From Eledone cirrhosa (lineage: Eukaryota): a stretch of DNA of 64,000 bases. Position numbers and translations under genes: made by a program. Location: assembly GCA_964016885.1 (NCBI GenBank), contig OZ024742.1, positions 96,162,001 through 96,226,000 of the forward strand. The letters are read 5' to 3'. Shown here piece after piece: positions 38,325 through 50,329 of this stretch (its first letter is position 1; every line of letters starts with the position of its first letter). The notes below the pieces were generated by a model. That model made no database searches. It had not been told where the DNA came from and worked only from the letters and a program-made list of their open reading frames with translations.

Positions 38325-39162
38325 CTTGATATATTTCTTTTTTCTTTTTTCTTTTTCTTTTCTTTCCTTTTTAATTTTTATTTTTTATTTTTTATTTTCT
38401 TAGTTTATAGATACATCTATAATAAGCAGTCTGCCCAAACCGTTGAATACTGACCTCTCCCCCCCCTCCCACCTAATTTCTGTATCTTGATCTAAATGTG
38501 TGTGACAGCGTTTATGTGAGTGAATTAATATCCATGTGCTTATGATATTATATCCACATATATATATGTGAGTGGGGGTGTGTGTTTGTTTGTATGTTCG
38601 TAATTATGTGTATGTTTATGCATATACGCGCGCGTGTGTGTGATTGTACGGATATGTGTGAGTATGAGAATATGTGTATACACTTATTTCATATTTATGT
38701 GTCTATACGCATCTTATCTGTGCATTATAAACTTACAGAGACATTAACCTTGAAATTTTGTATTTGCATCCATCCTTTTGGTATGCGTATGCATGTTGAG
38801 CATACATTTTTGTAAAATATGTGTAAGGGTAGTTACATGTATATACACACACCGAACTGCATAAAACCTTTTGTATTTTCATTGGTCAATTTTGTTCCCA
38901 AACGGACCTGAAATTTTGAATTGTTGTTATTATCAATAAATATATTTCATTATTTCTGAAGACGGCGTATATATGTGTTGGTATGTATATTTAATCTTGA
39001 TAGTTTGTATAATTTTGTATAATTTTGTACATAGATCTGTTGAATATGCATGCCAATTCTAACACATATATATCCTAGAAACGATCGTTAAATAATGAAC
39101 TTTTTTTGTTTAATATAAGGAACTGTTTCATTGTTTTATTCATTATTTGTTTAATATTTTAT
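36670..39162 (+). repeat. Right inverted arm (microsatellite-rich 3' UTR / pseudo-LTR)
   Basis: Reverse complement of the left arm; mostly (TA)/(TG)/(TATG) mosaics plus a ~750-bp unique end. Confidence 0.95.
38946..39099 (+). ncRNA. Type I hammerhead ribozyme with ~115-nt stem II
   Basis: Stem I TTCATTATTT/AAATAATGAA (10 bp); CTGAAGA 38956-38962; long GU-rich hairpin; GAAA 39078-39081; palindromic stem III ACGATCGT; GUU triplet ending at 39089. Confidence 0.78.
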
Positions 39163-39293
39163 CTTGACTCTGTATACCGTTTATCTTTCACCGAAAGTGA
39201 TTTTTCATTACATCTCTTCTTTCCATGATATCCGGAATACATTGAGTTCTTCATACGGATTGGACACTACCGTAAACTCTTGGTAGATTTATC

Positions 39294-39333
<40 letters not shown>

Positions 39334-42300
39334 CATACACACTCATATATATGTTACATATTGATTTCTAATTTAGGGACAAGGCAGAAAATTCATGAGG
39401 AGAGCAAAGTTGATTTAATGAAACCCATTACTTGACTGGTACTATAATTTACAAACATTGGAACGATGAAAATTAAAGTTGACATTAGCAGGATTAGAAC
39501 TGAGAATGTTAAAAAAAAACAGAACATACTGCAATGAAATGTTATCCGATGCTTTACCATTGGAATACAGAGTTATGTCACTAATATCTATCGTTCTGCA
39601 GTTTGCATTTTAGTTATGTATTCAATTCCACTATATAGCATTTTGGGCCAAGATTGACTCAAGGATTGCAAGTATACATGGACCTGTAACTTCTGTAAGA
39701 ACCATAGAATCTCTGTTGTGATATACAGAATGGCATTTTAAAACTGTTGGTGCCCATCCTCTCCCCAGGTCTGACATAGCTGATTTTTTATAGACGGATG
39801 TTCTAAAAGTACCAGACTGGTACTTTTTTTTATCCATCTCAAAAGGATGAAAGGCAAATTTGAGCTCAGTGAGTATGAACACTGAGAGCTGAATCAAATA
39901 CAATAAAACATTCTATCTGATGTTCTAACGACTCTGCCAATTTACTGCCTTTGTGAAAGAAATTACTTTGATGGAAATTGTGTGGTAGCCCATCAAATGT
40001 TCAGTAATTCAAAGGTCCAGCCTTGTCACATATTGTGTCATGCTGGATTTCTCTGAGCATTACATTAAGGGTACATGTGGCTGTGAAATAATCGCTTACA
40101 CATTAATTGATGTGTTGGTTATTCATGTGAATGATCATTCAAATAAGAATCCAATCATCTTCATCAATATCTATTGGCTGTTACTCAATCAATTATTCAC
40201 CATCTACTGCATTTACCAATCCATCAACAACTTCATTATATACTAAGGGCAATATTAAAATTCTAACACTGCCATGCTTTATCTAGCTAACATCGTATGT
40301 AATTAACAAGTTGTCTTTATTTAGTTGATAATGGTATGCTGACTGATGGTTAAATTGCTGGGCCTGCAATTGTAAGGTCATAGATTCAAGTTTTGGAGTG
40401 AGTAGCATATGTTGTTGAGCAAGGGACTTCATTTCTCATTGGTCCAGTTCATTCAACTGAAAAGGTATACATGTATCAGTAGCATCTCCTGGTGATTTTA
40501 CTTGCCCCAAATCTTGTGTCCAGTCTTCTACATATGGTTGCTTAATGCCTTATGAAACTTAGATAATTTTTGCAATGAAATATCTGAGTGGAATGTCTAT
40601 GAACATGGAACTTCTGTTTGTTTTGATGATAAGCATTTCATTGTCCAATCAACTGAACGCCCAATTTTAGAAGTAACATATAAACTTTTGAATGTTCCAC
40701 TAAAATATGTACACTTAATCTAATTTTCAGGCAGAATTATCATGTCATAATGTTCAAAGCTGGACCTTTGTAATCCAAGTAGAATTCATCAAGCAGGCTT
40801 CCACAACCTGGTTTTTGTCTACCCGATTTTAATCAAGTTGAATCTACCTGATGCTATGGTAAAAACACATGCTGAAATGCCATGCACTGGGATCACCAAG
40901 GGCTTCATGATTGTGAAATGAACTTCTTAACCACCTATATATGCTGCGAAGATGATGCATTCAGCAAAATAATGATTTTAAGTTCATTTTCTCTACTACA
41001 GCATTGACTTAATTTGCAGGCCCCCATGATAGGCTTAAACTCATTATGGTGTTCTTTTGAGGCTGTGTTTTACAACACTGGGATACTGTGTCACTATTAT
41101 AAGCCAGATACACAAAGATGTCTTTTAGATATAAGTTATGTGTATAGCTAAAGCAAAATATAATTGTAGTTAATCTATTTCCCAAATACTAAGCATGTTT
41201 TAAAAAAAGAAAAGCAGCATAAAATATCTCTCTTAGTCAACACAACACCCATAAGCTATGACATTATAACAACTGTCTCTATAATCTGTTATATTTGTAA
41301 TGCTGGTTCCCTGAGGGACATAGTGGTATATTTGTTTGAACAATTGATTTTAATGCCTGATACATCTTTGTCTGTAAATGAATTATCTGTGAACTCAGAG
41401 CAGAGCTGAATTGAGACAGATGAGAGTGAGTAGAATTAAGACCATTTCTCAGGGGTACAACACAAGGAAAGTAGTAAAATTTGAAATTATGATCATATAT
41501 TCAGTAGATAAGAGATTAGGTAAACATCTATTACACTTGTATGTATGTATGTTCCAGTTCTACAATTTTATACATTTTTACCAATAGAGAGAGAGTCAGT
41601 TTCTAATATAGATACAAGACTCTCTCATTGGAATTCAAACATCAACTAGGTAGATATATCTGCATGCATACATGTGTGTGAGCAGGTATGGATGTTATTG
41701 TATGTGTGGATGTGGATGTTTTGAGTTATATGTAAGCATGTGCATATGACTTGTTTCTGTACATGTGTACATGCAGACATTTTGGAATGCTTAACATATT
41801 TTAGCTGTTCTATAAATGGGTTGTAATTGTATGTATGTATATAGGTAGTATGTATGTATATACATCACACAGTGATGGAAATTAGTTTTAAGAACTAGAA
41901 CTATAATAAGGTCCATAAAGCCAAGATTGAGAAGAATGGGATGGAGTTAAATGCTATAAACTCTTCCCATGAGAAACTGAAAAACAAGGGAGTGTTATCT
42001 CTCCACATAAACACCTACCATCCATATCTATCTCTGTTGACACATTATATTATATATGTGTGCGTCCTAATGCAAATGATCACAGTAATAATTGATTGCT
42101 ATTGGCAATAAGTGAGAAACTGATAAAGTATCCTTTGGATTGGAAAAAAATGGACAGAGTTACTTACAAGGAACAAACCACATCTTTTGGATACTAGGCA
42201 AGTGCATTAATCACTGTGTTAGGGAGTTGTCAGTCATCAATTCAATCTTGTAGCTATAAGTGTAAACAAATCGGTTGATGTACAAAGAATTGGGGAAAAT

Positions 42301-44134
42301 TGAAATATGGATGAGGATGAAGTAGTTTAGTTAATATGAAGCCGTTTGAGATATGTAATAAATGATTGATAAATATTTCAGCAAGCCGGTAAAATGCAGT
42401 AGAATACAAAGGATGACAAATACAACAAAACAAAATAATGTTTTTTTTACTCAGTATATTTCAATATACTACCCTCTTTTCAAATGCAAAACAACAAAAA
42501 CAAATCGATGCAAAACGGAAATGAACAATTTCTTCTTCCTTAATCTGGTCCAAATCTCTGGATTATGCATGTATAGAGCAGCTATATAAACTACTCTGCT
42601 CCATGTAGCTCTAATCTATTGTTTATTTATGCTTCTATGTGTTGATGATTATAACCTCCTTAATTCTTAAATTCTCCCCATTCCTTTCCGGAATCTCGGG
42701 AACCCATCTCCAATTTATGCAAAACTTGTTTTATTCCATTTGTATTCCCACTTCAGGGACAAATTCCTTTCAAAGTATTTTCCCATTATGCACCGTTTTC
42801 GCTGTATTAAATTACAGACAGGCATACAATCAGAAAGTTTTAGTACTATATAGATGTAGATTATATAATTACAAGTAACATAGAACCTCTGGTTTGTCCT
42901 GCAGGAGACTCCCCTGTCATCATTGATGGAAACCACTATCCGGTCACTCAATCTGCTCAAAATAGTAGCCACTTCTTTCTTGAATCATTGAAAATACTGT
43001 CTTGAAAAAGAAAGATATGTTTTATAATAATGTGCTAGGTACACTATTACTAGATAAAACATTTTGAAGGCTGTAGTGAGAATGCCTAGGAACATTCATT
43101 TGCTTAATTAGAGCTGGCCTGGGGCTAAACATGAACAACAATTATACTACATCTAGAAAGCGTAGAAATATTTCATTGATATATAATTTATATGTTTTAG
43201 TGAGAGGAGGAAGGGCAAACCCAATGTGTGTTTCCAGAGTCTTTGAGACTGGTGGAAAGACAGAAGAAATGAATCTTCATATGGAAGGAGTTGTTTGATT
43301 ACTTGCATCACAGTAGAATTCATTAACCCTATTGATAGCAAATGCACTGAAACCATTCCTCGTTCTACAATACAAAACTATTTATATTTATCTAAAACAC
43401 TTCCGACATAATTAATATGAGAGCATTTGTTATGTTCCAATCACCAGTTTAATAATGAGAAAGTTATCTTATTAAATCCCTTATTATTTTCAAAATTGCT
43501 TGGAAATGAAACGTATCTTTTATACAAAATATGGTAAAAAGAATGATTAAATGTTACCAAGCGTCTGATGTTCGTGGAAAGACAGGTGACATATGAAGTC
43601 TACTACCAAAGAACAGAATAGATAGGACTTTCATACAGTTTCCACTAACAAATTCAACTCATAAGACGTTGGTTAATTCAAGTGATATTGAACCCAGTAT
43701 TTAATCCGCATACACGCAGACAATAAATTTAACATTAGTTCAGTACATATAACTACTTCAGAATACATAATCATTTAAAATCCTATATTTTTTCTGGTGA
43801 ACAATTGACTCCACACTTACACATACAAGGATATAGAAGAAACTGAGATATAGAAGAGAGATACAAGCATAGGAGTACACTTTGTCACTCTCAAACATAT
43901 ATGTGTTTGCAAGAGAGAGAGAAAGAGAGACGGACAGAGAAAGTGTGTATATGGGTCTCACTAATTCTGATGCCATCATATTGCAAAATTTTTCATTGTC
44001 TCGGTCAGCTTTGATGTCAAAAATAAATAGCGTTTACAAGTCTTGTGTTTACACGGTATATACATATGTGTTTATATTTAGTGTATATTTTTAGGCTTAT
44101 ATATTTCTATACAAAGACATAAAAATATATAAAT

Positions 44135-44143
44135 ATATACTCC

Positions 44144-44207
<64 letters not shown>

Positions 44208-44313
44208 CATAACTATATATGTATCGATAAAAAGATAATTATGTACAAATATATACATAAAGAAAAACTTTTTATGTTCTTAGTTATATTTATTGACTGT
44301 TTATGTATATATA

Positions 44314-44364
<51 letters not shown>

Positions 44365-44396
44365 ATATGCATATGTGTATATATGTGTATGTGTGG

Positions 44397-44453
<57 letters not shown>

Positions 44454-44672
44454 GCATATATATATAAAGCCACACACATATGTTAACAGCTGATCACTTA
44501 AAACAAGGAAAAGTAATTCATCTCACTAAACAAAGGAAATTAAAAGTCATTTGAACCATGAATTTAGACTTACCACATACACACACAACATATGAATATA
44601 TATATACATACATATGTATATATAATTATACATACATATGTTGATTCTGTGTGTATCTATGTATATGTGTAT

Positions 44673-44708
<36 letters not shown>

Positions 44709-44728
44709 CTACTCAGACTCTTAAAATC

Positions 44729-44793
<65 letters not shown>

Positions 44794-45278
44794 CACAGAA
44801 CACACACAGAATACACATACATACGCACACCTACACATATGTGCACATGCACACACAGTTTTACACGTGGACACTGGAACAAAGCGATGACAACGTATTA
44901 ATTAGCAATAAGTATTTTAACTCTGCTTTGCTTGTTTTATTTAGTTGCTGTTCTAATATATTTCAAGTAGTCTACAGCCCCTCCTCATTAAGCCAGGTAC
45001 TACTACTATGTCCACCACTCACCATCACCACCACCACCACCATCAGCCAGCCTCCATAACCTCCTTCCCAACCTCAGCTCCATCTATATCAAATATATTT
45101 GAAGTGTTGTATTATTTCTCCTCATTAAACCTTATGTGAAAAGACATTCTCCACACAATCACCACCCCAAATGACACCATCAGCACTGCCATCAATATTA
45201 CCACTGGCCCTCTTAAATAGTTGAAGCATTCTATAGGTTCTCATTAAAGTGTGCTTATGTATGTATGCGTACTTATAT

Positions 45279-45318
<40 letters not shown>

Positions 45319-45419
45319 TTACATTCTCTATATATGGTTGTATGTTTATATATATATGCACACACACAGGTATATATATATATATATATATGAGTATATA
45401 TATATATACATATATATAT

Positions 45420-45467
<48 letters not shown>

Positions 45468-45475
45468 ACATATAT

Positions 45476-45525
<50 letters not shown>

Positions 45526-45730
45526 GTATATACATATATATATGTATACATATATATATATATATGAATGCATATATATATATATTTGAGTATATATAAT
45601 ATATGTATACATATTTATATATATGCATACATATTTATATATATATATGTATACATATATATGTATATATATATGTATATATATATATGTATACATACAT
45701 ATATATACATATATATATACATATATATGT

Positions 45731-45818
<88 letters not shown>

Positions 45819-46074
45819 GGGGGGGGGGTGAGAGAGAGAGAAAGAGAGAGTGAGATAGAGTGTGCGTGAGGTGAGAATATCATAGAATGTAATAGTGAGA
45901 AGCAATGCAACTCATCAAATATATTGGAGAGTAAGAGTATGTGGCAGGAGGAGGGTTTTATCATATATATTTATATGAATGTATGTATGTATTTATATAT
46001 GTATATATATATATATCATCATCATCGTTTAACATCTAGCATGGAAGATAGACGTTAAACGATGATGATGATGA

Positions 46075-46127
<53 letters not shown>

Positions 46128-46317
46128 GATTATGATATACTTTAAAAGTCCTATTATTTCTCCCCATTCAACCATATAAATCTCCCCTCTCTCACCTGGT
46201 CATTTATATTTTATGTGAACCATCTTTTCTCTTAGCTATATATTAAGTGGTGATGATGATGATCTCTCTACCTAGCTTTTTCTCTCTCTCCTCCTCTCTT
46301 CCTCTCTCTCTCTCTAC

Positions 46318-46359
<42 letters not shown>

Positions 46360-46365
46360 TTATAA
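44135..46365. repeat. Cluster of (TA)n, (TACA)n, (GA)n and (TG)n microsatellites
   Basis: Direct reading. Confidence 0.9.
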
Positions 46366-46987
46366 ATTTTCTACTCTATAAGAAGTGGTCTATTGTTCTT
46401 CAGTGTCGCAGCTGGTTTGTATTGTCAATAAGATTTTGGTCTGCCAAGTGAATGCTTAATAATCTATATCTCAACTCCAATGTTATACTATTAAGAGCAA
46501 CCATTACTCACAAGCGAGTATGACTTGGTAGTATCTTCCATGTTTCCCTTAATGGTTTTAGATTGCAAAATATCCATAAACAAGGAAGGACACTCTCTTG
46601 GTCATCCTCTCACCTGCGACCTTTGCAGAACATCCAAGATATGTATACCTTAACAACATTTGAACACAAAGTGCAATGAATTAGTATACATTGGTTTTAG
46701 GAAGAGCATCCTGCTATAGAAACTCTCTCAAAATCTGAATGTATGTTTGACATGATTCCAGGCTCATCTAGGAGGACTGCTTAAATAATGAGTTGAACTG
46801 AGATGATTCATCCAAGCCATTTTAGTGGGGAGAAAAGGATGATAAATAATAATTAATTTATATATTGCTGTAAAGATTCTGCCCTAATTTGCAATATTGG
46901 TGAGTCCAATTTGAGAATCAGTTCCTCACAAGAGATAATTTACATCTGTCATCTCTTTATGTTTAATTAACATGGGAGATAGAATGT

Positions 46988-47150
46988 CGTCTTCTTCTTC
47001 TTCTTCTTCTTCTTCTTCTTCTTCTTCTTCTTCTTCTTCTTCTTCTTCTTCTTCTTCTTCTTTCTTTCTTTCTTTCTTTCTTTTTTCTTTTCTTTTTCTT
47101 TTTCTTTTTCTTTTTCTTTTTCTTTTTCTTTATCTTTTTACTTTTTCTTG
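46988..47150. repeat. (TTC)n / (TTTC)n / (TTTTTC)n polypyrimidine tract
   Basis: Direct reading; lies at the 3' end of the minus-strand LINE fragment. Confidence 0.95.
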
Positions 47151-47174
47151 TTTTTCACTGCTGCCACCACCACT

Positions 47175-47990
47175 GTCTTCTTCGTCTTCTCCTAATCCTG
47201 AGAGAGTTGTGGAGGCAGAGTCCTGAAACACTCTTTACAGTTGGTCCTGGCAGAAACAACCTTTGCCAACTGATCTGGATAGATCCCCTAAAGAGACCAG
47301 GCAAACTCATGGATGATATCCAACCATCTTGCTTGGTGTCTCCCTCTAGATCTCCTGACAATTGCTTTTGCCCGTAAAATCTGTTCAGAAATTCTTTCCT
47401 GAGACATTCTAACCACATGCCTATAATACCTGAGCTGTGATCTCTCAATTCTCATAAGTAGCAGCACATTACTACACCAGCTGCTGCAATTCATGCACTT
47501 AATTCAGTCTCCTGCCTTCCATCCCTCATGAATATGGCCCTAAACTACTTAAATTTCTCCACCTGCTTCAGTGGAACTCCATTCACATGTATCATGTACT
47601 GTGCAAGCCTCCTTGAATTTATGAGTATCTCAGTTTTTGCAGCACTGATTTTCATTGCAGCCATGCAGCTCTTCACATCAAACCTATCAAGTGTAATTCG
47701 GAGATCAACTTCTGTCGAGTTAAGTAATACCATGTCATCTGGAAATTCCATCCGACTGATTCTACACCCACCAGTCGTGATACCACTTCCTACTTGGCTA
47801 CACATGTTAATCCTGTTCATGTAAATAACGAACAGGAGAGGTGAGAGTACACACTCTTGGTGGAGTCCAACTTCCACATTGAGTGGTTTTGATTTAGCAC
47901 CATTTATCTGAACACACATACACGGGTATTCATATAAGGATATCAGGGAACTCAAGATGGTAGAACACCACACTGTATCACAATTTTACC
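47175..47990 (-). mobile_element. Second RTE-like LINE family, decayed 3' fragment
   Basis: GLHQECVLSPLLFVIYM...FPDDMVLL...MKISAAKTE...LKQVEKFK and LLLMRIERSQLRYYRHVVRM...RSRGR. Confidence 0.85.
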
Positions 47991-48766
47991 ATTCTGCAGT
48001 GGTAAGCTCTTCACCTATGATGCATCATGCAGTCATACCTTCTCCAGAGGCAACCAGGTGGGCAGAGCCAGGCTTCACTGCTTGACAAGCCAATGATCAG
48101 AAAATGTTAAAGTATCAGATTCTCTCCAATAGGTTTGTCATTGAATCTGTAGAAGTGGAGACTTCCAGCATTTATGGTCCCCAGACCACTTCTCTACTCA
48201 CTACTATCAGAGTAGATCTGTTCACACCCAGAAGCAACCCCCATGGTTTGGAATGGCTATTCAATGTGTCTCCTTCACCATCCCCTGGGACCACGACGTT
48301 GCTAGTGCCTACAGTGTTGTATGTCAGAGAGCATTTTCCGACACTACTGGGCCCGTTATCATTGGGCTAATGATGTTTGATCCCACTGTTGGGACTTAAG
48401 ACAACTACTACAGTAATTTCTACGCAGTATATACATTTATTGTCTGATTACTATGAACTCTGTATTTTTAAAATGATGAAACATTACGCTTGAATATTTT
48501 TTGAAGTTGTTTGAATTTTTTTTCAAGTTTTCTAAATTTCTGATGTGTAATTGTTCATCACATGGATTTGTACTCTTCTGTGGTTACCAATAGATTTTTC
48601 AAACGTAGTTTCATTTCCTTCTTGGTGCTTACTTGATACTAATTTTTTTTTGAGAAATTGCTTTCCTAACAATAATTAGTGTTAACACATACATTCCAGC
48701 CAACCCAAGGAATATTTTATGCTTTGCTTTTATGAAATTGATCAGCCAGTACAGTATATATTTTCC

Positions 48767-48805
<39 letters not shown>

Positions 48806-49001
48806 ATATATTTCATATCTGTATCTCTTCTCCTTTTCTCTCTCTCCACCTATGTAATATATTTAACACTTCCATTTCTCTCTAATATACTTGATAAATT
48901 CTGCAACTTCTCTTCAAATTATATAAACCAGACTATACTGCCTTTTCCTTCCTTCCAGTTTTTCTCTCACCTCATACTCTCATTCTCACCCCCTCTCTCT
49001 C

Positions 49002-49072
<71 letters not shown>

Positions 49073-49369
49073 TGTCTTTCTATTTGTTACTTTCCTCTAT
49101 TTCTGACTGTGTCTCTCTCTTCCCCCTCCTCCCCTGCTTTCTATAAATGTCTGTGTGTGTTTATGTGTATATGAGTGTGCATATGTAACTATGTGTGGCT
49201 TAGATTGAGGCAGTAGTGTTTTATGACCTATGCTCTCTGTATCTTTGATAAATTCTCTCTTTGATAGATTCTCAGCAAATTAATTTCCCTAGTTATCTTT
49301 TGGCTATCTTATAGCATTGGATATATTGTTTTCTTAATCAATGAATATATTTATGTGAGAGAGTGTATA

Positions 49370-49769
<400 letters not shown>

Positions 49770-49774
<5 letters not shown>

Positions 49775-50091
49775 GTTAGAACATTGGCCTTGCAATCGAA
49801 AGGTTGTGAGTTCAATTCTCAGACCGGGTGATGTGTTGTTTCCTTGAGCAAGACACTTTATTTCACATTGCTCCAGTTTACTCAGCTGTAGAAATGAGAT
49901 GATAGAGACCGGGGTCCCTATCATTCCACTGCAAAGTGGTCGTGGAGGTGCCACGGCATAAAAGCACCCAGCACTCACTGTAAATGAGGTTGGTGTTAGG
50001 AAGGGCATCCAGCTGTAGAAATCAAGCCAGAATCAGTTCCCGTCTCACCCTTGCAAGCAGGGAAGAAGCGAACGTAAAATGAAATGATGAT
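49770..50091 (+). mobile_element. CORE-type SINE family A
   Basis: Matches 734-1052; tRNA head AGTGGTTAGAACATTGGCCTTGCAATC...GAGTTCAATTCTC. Confidence 0.9.
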
Positions 50092-50329
50092 ATATATTAT
50101 TATAATAATTATAATAATAATGATTTCTTTATTAACCACAAGGGTTTACATAAAGTAGACATTAAGGACAGTGCAGGACAATACAGGACGGTACAAATGG
50201 GCATTTCTGCGTGTAAAAAACAAAAGCAGAGGATGTAACAAATAAAATAACAATAGGGGGGAGGCTTCTGAGGGACATTGGTGGAGAAAACCCATTAAAA
50301 AGCCACAGTGACCCTGACCATCAGGGCAA

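Larger units (their letters stand above)
30552..39296 (+). mobile_element. Fold-back Penelope-like retroelement: inverted 3' UTR copy + 5'-truncated ORF + ~4-kb 3' region with HHR, inserted in (TA)n
   Basis: Inverted arms 30552-33652 (interrupted at 32837-33444) and 36670-39162. (TA)n at 30519-30551 and 39297-39331. Confidence 0.88.

Noticed and set aside
31261-38453. Many Y/I/C/V/M- or H/T-rich ORFs (also at 2452, 44169-45964 and 49355-49815)
   Set aside because: Translations of (TA)/(TG)/(CA) microsatellites, which lack stops; no protein signal.
30552-39162. Interpretation as a DNA transposon or Polinton with giant TIRs
   Set aside because: The enclosed ORF is PLE RT/GIY-YIG, truncated exactly at the arm; no transposase, and the right end extends beyond the repeat.
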